This document shows, piece after piece, positions 55,947 to 64,000 of a stretch of 64,000 bases of DNA. Origin of the DNA: Minisyncoccia bacterium (GTDB lineage Bacteria; Patescibacteriota; Minisyncoccia; Phycocordibacterales; UBA9973); assembly GCA_965656375.1 (NCBI GenBank), contig CBFHKH010000001.1:644291-708290 (forward strand), written 5' to 3'. The notes under the pieces were generated by a model. It saw only the letters and a program-made list of their open reading frames with translations. It searched no databases and was not told the origin of the DNA. Each line of letters opens with the position of its first letter. Position 1 is the stretch's first letter. The position numbers and the translations under genes were made by a program.

Positions 55947-57566
55947 ATGAGTAAATTATACAGTCGCTATTTCCCAACGCCAGCATATCTGGCTATGAGT
56001 TCATGCGCGCTTGATATTTCTGATCAATCCATCAAATATGGCGAACTCATCGCAACAGCTCACGGCTTGCGTCTTGGTCGCTATGGCCAAGAGAAAATAC
56101 CTCCTGGTGTTGTTGTATCTGGCAAGATTGAAAATGAAGCGAAACTTGTAGAGATTCTCAAGGCTTTGGCAGCGCGCGAACGACTGCACTTTGTCCGTGT
56201 ATCACTCCCCGAAGAGCAAATGTATCTTTTTACTCTGTCGCTTCCAAAAACTACAACAGGAGATCTTCGCGAGGCGATCTTGCTTCAGCTCGAAGAGCAT
56301 ATACCGCTACTTGCAATTGATACTATCTTTGACTTCAATATCATTTCAGAAACGAATCAAACTCTCTTTATAGAAGTCCTTGCTATTGCAACCTCTGTCA
56401 TAGAAAGTTATCTTTCATTGTTTAAAAAGGCTGGTCTTGCTCCGATTTCGTTTGAACTTGAAGCGCAAGCCATTGCACGTGCTGTGATACCACATGGAGA
56501 CATGAATCCAGTAATGATCGTCGACTTTGGAGAATCACGAACCGGGGTTTCCATTGCAGATGAAGGACGAGTACTTTTCACTACAACACTCGATATCGGT
56601 GGAATTACGCTTACCAATATGATTGCGAAGAATTTCTCTGTCTCATTTGAAGAAGCAGAAAAAATGAAGCGCTCATATAAGCTCGATGGAGATGCGAATA
56701 CCGATAGTATATTTCCTGTAATTTTGAACGGCATCTCAGTTCTTCGCGATGAACTCGTCAAACAGGACACATACTGGAAAACGCACGATAGAGAGAATAA
56801 AAAACATGAAGACATCAATCGTATTATTCTCTGTGGTGGAGATGCAAATCTCTCAGGCCTTTCTGATTATTTGGAAGCAAGTATGAAGATAAAAGTAGAA
56901 AATGCGAATGCATGGGTAAATATCTCTGATATGAAGATATCAGTTCCTGATATGACATTTGAAGAATCATTCGGCTACGCAACGGTGCTCGGGCTTGCGC
57001 TTGCGGATTATACAAAGGCGAGAACTATGATTAATGTCTTGCCAAAGGAAGAAAAGAAAGCCCTTAAAAGGGAATACTGGTTGCGTTTTGCAAGTGTGAC
57101 GTTTTCTTTACTTTCTATCATTGGTGTTATCGCAACTCTTCTCCTTCTTCCTTCATACTTCTTTTCAATCTCAAAAATGGCGCTTGCCGAAGAAAAACTC
57201 GAAACATTTAATCGTGCGAACCCTGACATTGCGACATATGACATCAACACCACAATTTTAACTATCAATTCCAAACTCGGACTTCTTGTTGTAAAAGATC
57301 AAGCGCAACCAGTAAGTGAAAAGATCATGACCACTATTTTAGGAAATTTACCCTCAGGTATAACAATAGAAAATATTCTCTATACCGAAACCGAAGCGAA
57401 AGACACCATAATAGAAGTACATGGTATCGCATCTGACCGTACAGCGTTGCGTACATACCAATCTACATTGAAAGAAAATCCTGCCATAAAAGAAGCAGAT
57501 GTACCATTATCGGACTTCTTGGGTAAATCGGATATTGATTTTACCATGACCATTACGTTGAAATAA
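55947..57566 (+). CDS. pilM: Type IV pilus PilM-PilN fusion
   Basis: Actin-like PilM (LDISD, VDFG, LCGG, GLAL) continues in frame into the PilN signature MINVLP, a TM helix and an extracytoplasmic domain. Confidence 0.85.
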   Translation: MSKLYSRYFPTPAYLAMSSCALDISDQSIKYGELIATAHGLRLGRYGQEKIPPGVVVSGKIENEAKLVEILKALAARERLHFVRVSLPEEQMYLFTLSLPKTTTGDLREAILLQLEEHIPLLAIDTIFDFNIISETNQTLFIEVLAIATSVIESYLSLFKKAGLAPISFELEAQAIARAVIPHGDMNPVMIVDFGESRTGVSIADEGRVLFTTTLDIGGITLTNMIAKNFSVSFEEAEKMKRSYKLDGDANTDSIFPVILNGISVLRDELVKQDTYWKTHDRENKKHEDINRIILCGGDANLSGLSDYLEASMKIKVENANAWVNISDMKISVPDMTFEESFGYATVLGLALADYTKARTMINVLPKEEKKALKREYWLRFASVTFSLLSIIGVIATLLLLPSYFFSISKMALAEEKLETFNRANPDIATYDINTTILTINSKLGLLVVKDQAQPVSEKIMTTILGNLPSGITIENILYTETEAKDTIIEVHGIASDRTALRTYQSTLKENPAIKEADVPLSDFLGKSDIDFTMTITLK

Positions 57567-57567
57567 T

Positions 57568-58125
57568 ATGAAAAAGAATCGTACAACAATTACATTCATA
57601 ATTTCACTCATCATCGCGGTGCTTGTTCTCGGAGTATTCTTTTTCTTCTTTACAATAGTAAAAAATAAAAACAAGCATACATCAGTTGTCCTTACCACAC
57701 TCGAGAACAAGATCGTAAAAAAGCGTAACGCAAGTGTGATCACACAAAAGATTGAAGAGGTAAATAGAACTGCAAGTCTCATAAATAGTTATTTTGCCGA
57801 TCCGAATCAGATTGATTCTTTTGTGAGTTATCTTGAGGAAATAGGTACGAGTGCGGACACAACAGTAAAAGTTGAAACTGTAGAAATCGCATCCCAGGTA
57901 AAGAATACGCTTTCGGTGACGGTTTCTCTAGAAGGGAATTTCTCAAATGTAATACGCACAGTAAAGCTTTTGGAGAATGCCCCATACAAGATCCATATCG
58001 GAAGAATGGCTCTCGATAAGCGCTCAAAGACGACTACAACACTCGATGTGAAAGGGGCGCCTACATCGCGAGAAGTTACCGTCTGGCATGCAGAAATCTC
58101 TTTTACTATTCTTAGTTCGTCATAA
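57568..58125 (+). CDS. PilO-like protein
   Basis: TM, coiled coil, LEGNFSNV...LLENAP; follows pilMN. Confidence 0.7.
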   Translation: MKKNRTTITFIISLIIAVLVLGVFFFFFTIVKNKNKHTSVVLTTLENKIVKKRNASVITQKIEEVNRTASLINSYFADPNQIDSFVSYLEEIGTSADTTVKVETVEIASQVKNTLSVTVSLEGNFSNVIRTVKLLENAPYKIHIGRMALDKRSKTTTTLDVKGAPTSREVTVWHAEISFTILSSS

Positions 58126-58127
58126 GT

Positions 58128-58445
58128 ATGATCAAATTATTTTCAAAAAACAAAAATAACTCAAAGTATAAAGACATAGGATCTGTGCTTGATCCTCATA
58201 AGCATTGGATCTTGCTCTTATGGATGTTCCTCGTACTTGTCGCGACCTTAATTCTCTTTAGTTTATATTTGTTGTTCCAAATACGTAATGATCAAGTATT
58301 CCAAGTCAAAGCAACGCTCGATGATAAGCCAGCAATCCTAAAAGATGATCTTCTTAAAAAAGTAACCGATTCATTTGAAGAAAAATCAAAAAAAGAAGCG
58401 GAACTTAAAACAAACCCTCCTTCGTATGAGGATCCAAGCACATAA
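58128..58445 (+). CDS. Small single-TM protein of the pilus operon
   Basis: Tightly linked to the pilO-like gene; C-terminal DPS. Confidence 0.65.
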   Translation: MIKLFSKNKNNSKYKDIGSVLDPHKHWILLLWMFLVLVATLILFSLYLLFQIRNDQVFQVKATLDDKPAILKDDLLKKVTDSFEEKSKKEAELKTNPPSYEDPST

Positions 58446-58505
58446 TCTGATGTGATATTCCGTATCCATTTGATAAAACAGCAAGTGCGACTTGCTGTTT
58501 TTGTA

Positions 58506-58952
58506 TTATTTATAATTTTGTATAAAATCAAGCATATATCCTTTAAGGAGTGGACCTTCTTTACAGGGAAGATGTCCGTCACTAAAGACTGTATACTGGT
58601 TTCTCTTTATACCATAGAGAGAAAGGATTTTTTCCTTCTTTTCTTGATCGTGATCGCAGAGTATAAAATAAAGAGATTCTTTTTTAGAAGTAAATGAAGT
58701 ACAGGCAAGTTCAATAATCTCAAGAGTTCCCGATGATTCTTTACCCGCAAAGATAATAATATGCTCAAGGCTTTCTGTATGTTTGACCAATTCCATCCAA
58801 TTCGTATCACAGGGGAGCACACTTTTTGGTCCCTTTGGATTGAAACTAAGTGGCAAAAATAATACTGGTATCGTTTCTATGTTTCTAATTCCGATCCCAT
58901 ACGGGAAAAGTTCATTGTAGGTTACTACTGCTATGACCGGTTTTGATTCCAT
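58506..58952 (-). CDS. Hypothetical protein
   Basis: 148-aa ORF with an AT-rich leader; no family recognised. Confidence 0.6.
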   Translation of the reverse strand: MESKPVIAVVTYNELFPYGIGIRNIETIPVLFLPLSFNPKGPKSVLPCDTNWMELVKHTESLEHIIIFAGKESSGTLEIIELACTSFTSKKESLYFILCDHDQEKKEKILSLYGIKRNQYTVFSDGHLPCKEGPLLKGYMLDFIQNYK

Positions 58953-59095
58953 AAAATATTTTTTTAAGTATATGAAAAAAGAACAATTTATCTTCAGTGT
59001 AGATAATTCAATTTAAAATATTTTTAAACAAAAATTAAATTTTTGTAGCAAGTGTATTTCGTAAGTTTTTTCAAACTTGCTATACTAAGCCTACA

Positions 59096-59761
59096 ATGAA
59101 AATATTAGTAATAGAAGATGAGGAAGCAATATCAACTTTTATAAAACGAGGTCTAGAAGCCGAATTATGCATTGTCGAGGTAGCATATACAGGAACTCGG
59201 GGTATTGAAATGGCCCATATGAATACGTATGATGTCATTGTTCTTGATTTTCATTTGCCTGATATGCTTGGTAGCGAAATCTCTGCCGAAATCCGTAAAC
59301 AAAAACCATCAGTTCCGATACTCGTATTATCTGTAGAAAATGATATGGATATAAAGCTCGATATGCTTTCTATCTGCGATGACTACATGACAAAGCCGTT
59401 TGCACTTCGCGAACTTGCAGTTCGACTGAAAGCACTGAACCGTCGTGGAGAAGTTCTTCATGGTAATGTTCTTGAAATCGGCGGTCTTGTCCTTGATTCA
59501 GTCAAATACATAGTTAAACTCGACGATAAAATTATTCCCCTTCGCAATAAAGAATTTGCACTCCTTGAGTATCTCATGCGCAATGAAGGAATAGTTGTTT
59601 CTCGAGAAATGATGCTTGAGCATGTATGGGATATGAATACTGATCCATTCACGAATACTGTAGATACTCATATTAGACTTTTACGTAAAAAGTTAGAAAG
59701 CAAAAAGCGCACATTTATCCAAACAGTGCCCAAACGTGGGTATTGTTTTACCGCTCGCTAA
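59096..59761 (+). CDS. OmpR-family response regulator
   Basis: IEDE, LDFHLP, DDYMTKPF and winged-helix EFALLEYL...VDTHI..LRKK. Confidence 0.95.
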   Translation: MKILVIEDEEAISTFIKRGLEAELCIVEVAYTGTRGIEMAHMNTYDVIVLDFHLPDMLGSEISAEIRKQKPSVPILVLSVENDMDIKLDMLSICDDYMTKPFALRELAVRLKALNRRGEVLHGNVLEIGGLVLDSVKYIVKLDDKIIPLRNKEFALLEYLMRNEGIVVSREMMLEHVWDMNTDPFTNTVDTHIRLLRKKLESKKRTFIQTVPKRGYCFTAR

Positions 59762-59857
59762 TTTATAAATATTTTAAATTAGATTTAGAAATTGTTTATA
59801 TTGTGTTGATTAAAATACAATCAAGAATTGTTATTTTTAAACTTAAATTTTTAAATC

Positions 59858-60823
59858 ATGAAAAAAATCAATTGCACAACGCTTCCGGCTACGCCAGAAG
59901 CAGGCACCGTGTATTATCTTTTGCCACGGAAAGAACCAGACAAATTTTATTATGAAAGAACTGATAGGAATATCGGCTGGATTACAAAAGAAGAACAGGA
60001 GATTTTAAAAAATGCTGTAGTCGGCATTGCAGGATGCGGCGGGATGGGAGGTCTCGTTGCCTCTACGCTTTTACGTCTCGGCGTAGGCGAGATTAGAATT
60101 GCTGATAGTGAATGCTTTGACATCTCAAACCTTAATCGTCAGTACGGAGCTACTCAAAAAACAGTAGGGAAATCAAAAGCCTTCGAAACTGCACGTTTCC
60201 TTCGGGATATCGCCGATGATACGACGATCGTCGTCTATCCAAGCGGTATTACAGAGGAGACTGCTGATTCGTTTACAAACGGTTGCAATATTATCTGCGA
60301 CGAAATAGAATTTTGGGCCGTCGGTTCACGCATCTTACTACATCAAGCAATGCGAGCGTACAAGAGCCTCATACTCAATTCTCCCACAATAGGGCACCGG
60401 GTCTACGTGTTTAAATTTACACACGATTCACTGACTGTAGAATCCATGCTCCATATCGGGTACAAAAGCGCAATTGTCTTACAGCAAAAGATCCAAAGTG
60501 GGAATGCTACAGAAAGTGAGATACATACAGTTATGGATATGATGTTACAATTTGCAGCGCCGGAATTGCCAGAATATTCTCTAGATGAAAGAGAATACAG
60601 CACAGTCGTTGAGGTCAAAAAACGACTTCTGACTGAAACGACGGCTTCTATTATTGCTACGAATCCACCGATGGCATCAGGATTCCTTGCAAATCAAATA
60701 CTGTTTGAACTGCTCAAGGCATCAACGATCAAGAGGAACTTCGTCACTGTACCACGTATGCCTGGATATTTGATGTTTGATGCAGGATTATTCATTACTA
60801 AAAAAAAGGAGGGAATACTATGA
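59858..60823 (+). CDS. ThiF/E1-like adenylyltransferase
   Basis: GIAGCGGMGG, D.ECFDISNLNRQ and GKSKA; no CxxC zinc motifs. Confidence 0.9.
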   Translation: MKKINCTTLPATPEAGTVYYLLPRKEPDKFYYERTDRNIGWITKEEQEILKNAVVGIAGCGGMGGLVASTLLRLGVGEIRIADSECFDISNLNRQYGATQKTVGKSKAFETARFLRDIADDTTIVVYPSGITEETADSFTNGCNIICDEIEFWAVGSRILLHQAMRAYKSLILNSPTIGHRVYVFKFTHDSLTVESMLHIGYKSAIVLQQKIQSGNATESEIHTVMDMMLQFAAPELPEYSLDEREYSTVVEVKKRLLTETTASIIATNPPMASGFLANQILFELLKASTIKRNFVTVPRMPGYLMFDAGLFITKKKEGIL

Positions 60824-61419
60824 CTACCGTAATTATGATTGCATCATCTACTCATGTACGCAGAAAGGTGGTTGCATACACAAATGCAAAATATCTCGAA
60901 TATTTCGGAACAGTTCCCGGAGAGACTACGCTTTATATATATGCAGAAAAAGAAGGGAAGATTGTAGGATCAGCAGGACTCGATTTTTCTAATAAAAATG
61001 GCAAGATGCCACTTGAGTCTCTCTATACTATCAATCGGGAGCTTGTACCACTTCCTCTCGATTCCTCGAACGGTGTACAGATATGCCGTTTGATTGCAGA
61101 TGATCCAAAAGTATCTTCTCTGCCACTTGTGTATGCTTCATGTATGTATTCTATGCGACTCGGCAAAGTATACGGATGGTTAAACCATGTGGATACAGTA
61201 CATCGCATGTTCGTGCAGAAAGGGTTAGAGTTCATCTCGATACCAGATGCTGAACTTATAATAGAAAACATTCCGGAAGGTGATCGACCATTCTATATAA
61301 AACCACCATACGCAAAGTGTTATATCATGCCGCTCAAAGCCGCTTCGGTTGCACTCTTACCTCGAATGGAGATATTATTACGTAATAAAACAATTGCCTT
61401 TTCAAGCGATTTTTCTTAA
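60820..61419 (+). CDS. GNAT-like protein (thermostable-hemolysin / N-acyl amino acid synthase-like)
   Basis: IVGSAGL...PLESLY...VQICRL pattern; overlaps the ThiF stop (ATGA). Confidence 0.55.
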   Translation: MTTVIMIASSTHVRRKVVAYTNAKYLEYFGTVPGETTLYIYAEKEGKIVGSAGLDFSNKNGKMPLESLYTINRELVPLPLDSSNGVQICRLIADDPKVSSLPLVYASCMYSMRLGKVYGWLNHVDTVHRMFVQKGLEFISIPDAELIIENIPEGDRPFYIKPPYAKCYIMPLKAASVALLPRMEILLRNKTIAFSSDFS

Positions 61420-61425
61420 ATAATA

Positions 61426-61459
61426 GGAGCGCCCTTGGTTTATCCAGGCGCTCTTGTTT
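61426..61459 (+). terminator. Probable terminator
   Basis: GAGCGCC...GGCGCTC followed by TTGTTTT. Confidence 0.55.
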
Positions 61460-61481
61460 TAAATACACTGTATACTAGTAT

Positions 61482-63449
61482 ATGGAATCTATGGCCATAC
61501 ATATAAAAATTATACTTCTACTCATTATTGTATCCGTTTTGACGGTTGGTATTTTGGTGATCAAAAAGAATCCTCGATCTATTATCAATCGTTCTTTTTC
61601 TATCTTTCTCTTGGGCATAGTGTTTTTTATCGGAGGATTTCTACTTATGGGCACTCGATGTTCATTTGATATTTTCGATAAGACAATCCATTATGGAGGG
61701 CTTACTCTTCTTTTAGGGTTATTTCTCTTTTCCCAAGTGTTTCCGAACAGAGAGACTCTTCCACAGAAAAGATGGCCACTCTATATTCCGTTTATAGTTA
61801 TAGCGGTAGGGGTAATCCCATTTGATCTTCTTATTAAAGAAGCTCCTTTTAGTGGAGGGGAAGTTATTCCAAGCAATGGGCCGTTACTATTTCCCTACAT
61901 GATATTTTGGGGAGTTTATTTTCTTCTCTCGGTATATTTCTTGATACGAACGTATATTGCTACAACCGGAAAAATGAGAATGCAGATGAAATATCTTTTC
62001 ACGGGGATCATTATTGTGCTCGTATGTTTTTTTATCTTTGACTTGGTTTTCCCACTTGCAGGAATTTCATCGCTCGCACTGATCGGTCCAGTGTCTTCTG
62101 TTATTCTTGTGTGGCTTGCTGGATACGCTATTATTAAACATCAACTTCTTGATATTCGTATCATTATACAGCGCGGACTAATCTATATTGTTCTGTTTTC
62201 TATCATTTTCAGTTCATATGTGATCCTTCTACAGCTGCTCGGCTATTTGCTCCATAAGGCTGCAGGGATGACAGCAGTACTTAGTGCAGGTATTGTTATG
62301 ATAGGGGGGATATTTCTTGTTCGACCGCTCGAAGATTATTTCCGAAAAATAACAGACTCAATATTTTTCAAAGATAAATACGACTATCCTGATGCGCTTC
62401 ATAAACTAAGCAAGGTACTCCATACAAATGTAAGCGCAGGTGATATTATTCAAAATTCCTCTACGCTTCTCAAAGCGATATTGAAAACAGAATGGGTAGC
62501 ATTTCGATTACTCGAAAATGGAGAGATACGATCAGATCCAGGGGCTCTCGTATCAACAAATATTGTCTTTGAGGGGAAACGCATTGGAGTTCTTGAGCTT
62601 GGCCCAAAAAAATCAGGTGATCACTATACACCTTCTGATATGAAGCTCCTCGATACATTCGCATTTCAGGCTGCGGTTGCTCTTGAGAAGGGAAAACTAT
62701 ATGAAAGAGTCGAAGATTACAATACGCGATTGGAACAATTGGTAGAGAAGCGGACGCTCGAGATCAAAAAATTACAAGAAGATCAAAAGCAGGCTATGAT
62801 CGATATTTCCCACAATCTTCAAACACCACTCGCTGTCATAAAAGGGGAGATAGATCTTCTGTCGAACACACCACTCTATACCGACAAAATAAAAACAGTA
62901 AAAAAGTCTATAACACATGTTTCTCTCTTTATTCGACAACTTCTTCATTTGTCCAAGCTTGATCATGCAGCATTCCATGTGACACTGACTCAGATTGATC
63001 TATCGTTACTTATACGTGAGCAGATTGAATACTTCGAAGTAATGGCTGCTGAAAAGGGAATACGCATCACCACATCTCTTATGGAAAAAGTAACGATACG
63101 AGGAAATAAACGATTGCTGAACGAACTCCTCACTAATTTGATAAGTAATGCAATAAAGTACAGCAAGAATAATTCTAAAGAAAATACAATAGAGATTTTT
63201 CTATCTGAAGATACTGATGGAGTCCGTCTTATCATCACCGACGACGGGGTTGGAATTTCGGAGAAAGATCTACCGGATATATTTACTCGATTTTATCGGG
63301 GATCTCGTAATTCCAATACCGCTGGTACTGGTCTTGGACTTGCTATCTCTAAAAAGATTGTTGAAAAGCATAAAGGTACTATCAAAGCCGAGAGTGCACT
63401 TGGGGAGTATACTTCTTTCACTATCCTCTTTCCACTTTCCAAGAAATAA
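61482..63449 (+). CDS. Sensor histidine kinase with N-terminal multi-TM (7TM-like) domain and GAF
   Basis: YAIIKHQLLDI, GAF segment, SHNLQTPL H-box, NLISNAIKY, DDGVG and GTGLGL. Confidence 0.93.
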   Translation: MESMAIHIKIILLLIIVSVLTVGILVIKKNPRSIINRSFSIFLLGIVFFIGGFLLMGTRCSFDIFDKTIHYGGLTLLLGLFLFSQVFPNRETLPQKRWPLYIPFIVIAVGVIPFDLLIKEAPFSGGEVIPSNGPLLFPYMIFWGVYFLLSVYFLIRTYIATTGKMRMQMKYLFTGIIIVLVCFFIFDLVFPLAGISSLALIGPVSSVILVWLAGYAIIKHQLLDIRIIIQRGLIYIVLFSIIFSSYVILLQLLGYLLHKAAGMTAVLSAGIVMIGGIFLVRPLEDYFRKITDSIFFKDKYDYPDALHKLSKVLHTNVSAGDIIQNSSTLLKAILKTEWVAFRLLENGEIRSDPGALVSTNIVFEGKRIGVLELGPKKSGDHYTPSDMKLLDTFAFQAAVALEKGKLYERVEDYNTRLEQLVEKRTLEIKKLQEDQKQAMIDISHNLQTPLAVIKGEIDLLSNTPLYTDKIKTVKKSITHVSLFIRQLLHLSKLDHAAFHVTLTQIDLSLLIREQIEYFEVMAAEKGIRITTSLMEKVTIRGNKRLLNELLTNLISNAIKYSKNNSKENTIEIFLSEDTDGVRLIITDDGVGISEKDLPDIFTRFYRGSRNSNTAGTGLGLAISKKIVEKHKGTIKAESALGEYTSFTILFPLSKK

Positions 63450-63487
63450 GGAGAGTTATTCCCTGGAAATAAACCAAATACGTATTA

Positions 63488-63516
63488 TTGACATATTAAT
63501 CTAGATATGCTATAAT
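63488..63516 (+). promoter_or_regulatory. Consensus sigma70 promoter
   Basis: TTGACA-17 bp-TATAAT with an extended -10 TG. Confidence 0.8.
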
Positions 63517-63668
63517 AGTACCGATATATAGCCCTTTGATATATGGTTATTTTGGTATTGAGAAGGGTTTCTCAGAGTAATTATCTAGCGCGCAGAGGCT
63601 GATTTTTCTGAGAAACTCTAACTCAATATATATTCACAAAATTAAATAACCAAAATAAAACTAAGAAA

Positions 63669-64000
63669 ATGAAAAAAAATTTCTTTACGATAGTTTTTAC
63701 CATACTGGTAGGAGCTATATTCGCATCATGCAGCAGTTCAAGAAACTCTACTAAAATTGGTGAAACCCCGACGGTAATGTCAGAAGCAGATTTGAAACAA
63801 ATTCTGGGACCGGGGTACTACCAGGATAGTATTATTAAAAAACTGCATTTGTTTAATACCGCCGACGTAGTTTGGCGAGCAGAAAGCCAGGAGAACAAAA
63901 CTTTTGTCGACTTTAAAGACTCAAAAGTTTTATCTACCAAAAATAGAACGAAAGATGTACTATCTGGTTTCTTGCCAGCAGGTACAGAAGGCCAGGTAGA
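63669..64000 (+). CDS. Putative lipoprotein, 3'-partial (not in ORF track)
   Basis: MKKNFFTIVFTILVGAIFAS|CSSSRN lipobox; frame open to the window end. Confidence 0.75.
   Translation, partial: MKKNFFTIVFTILVGAIFASCSSSRNSTKIGETPTVMSEADLKQILGPGYYQDSIIKKLHLFNTADVVWRAESQENKTFVDFKDSKVLSTKNRTKDVLSGFLPAGTEGQV

Noticed and set aside
1-64000. CRISPR array or rRNA
   Set aside because: No regularly spaced repeat-spacer series and no rRNA-like sequence seen.
1-64000. Alternative genetic code 25 (UGA=Gly), as in Gracilibacteria/Absconditabacteria
   Set aside because: Long conserved genes are intact under code 11, and TGA serves as a stop (e.g. 54893, 60823).

Overview
This is a 64 kb, low-GC stretch of bacterial chromosome using standard genetic code 11. 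Gene content and protein style point to Patescibacteria/CPR, most like Parcubacteria (inference). It spans the replication origin (jag-yidC-yidD-rnpA-rpmH / dnaA-oriC-dnaN). It also carries a chromosomal T4SS-like cluster (VirB6-like, PrgI, VirB4, pilin-peptidase fusion), repair and replication genes (pcrA, ruvABC, polA, mutM, ruvX), type IV pilus genes (PilB-like ATPase, fused PilM-PilN, PilO), three tRNAs (Lys-UUU, Arg-GCG, Ser-UGA) and several secreted accessory genes. Five observations stand out. (1) A conserved structured element lies behind three different tRNA 3' ends; each is an inverted copy of its own tRNA end, interrupted at the same point by a covarying 25-nt hairpin. (2) An 18-bp palindrome, CCTGCCTG(CG/AG)CAGGCAGG, is inserted in frame (LPAQAG/LPEQAG) into three unrelated housekeeping genes, and a hairpin-flanked stand-alone GIY-YIG nuclease lies nearby. 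(3) A response regulator / ThiF / GNAT-like / 7TM kinase cassette looks like a signal synthesis-and-sensing module. (4) There is an integrase-less 1.4 kb island in tRNA-Lys and a MITE-like element at tsaE. (5) Leaderless promoter geometry is widespread. All calls were made by eye; no database search was run.
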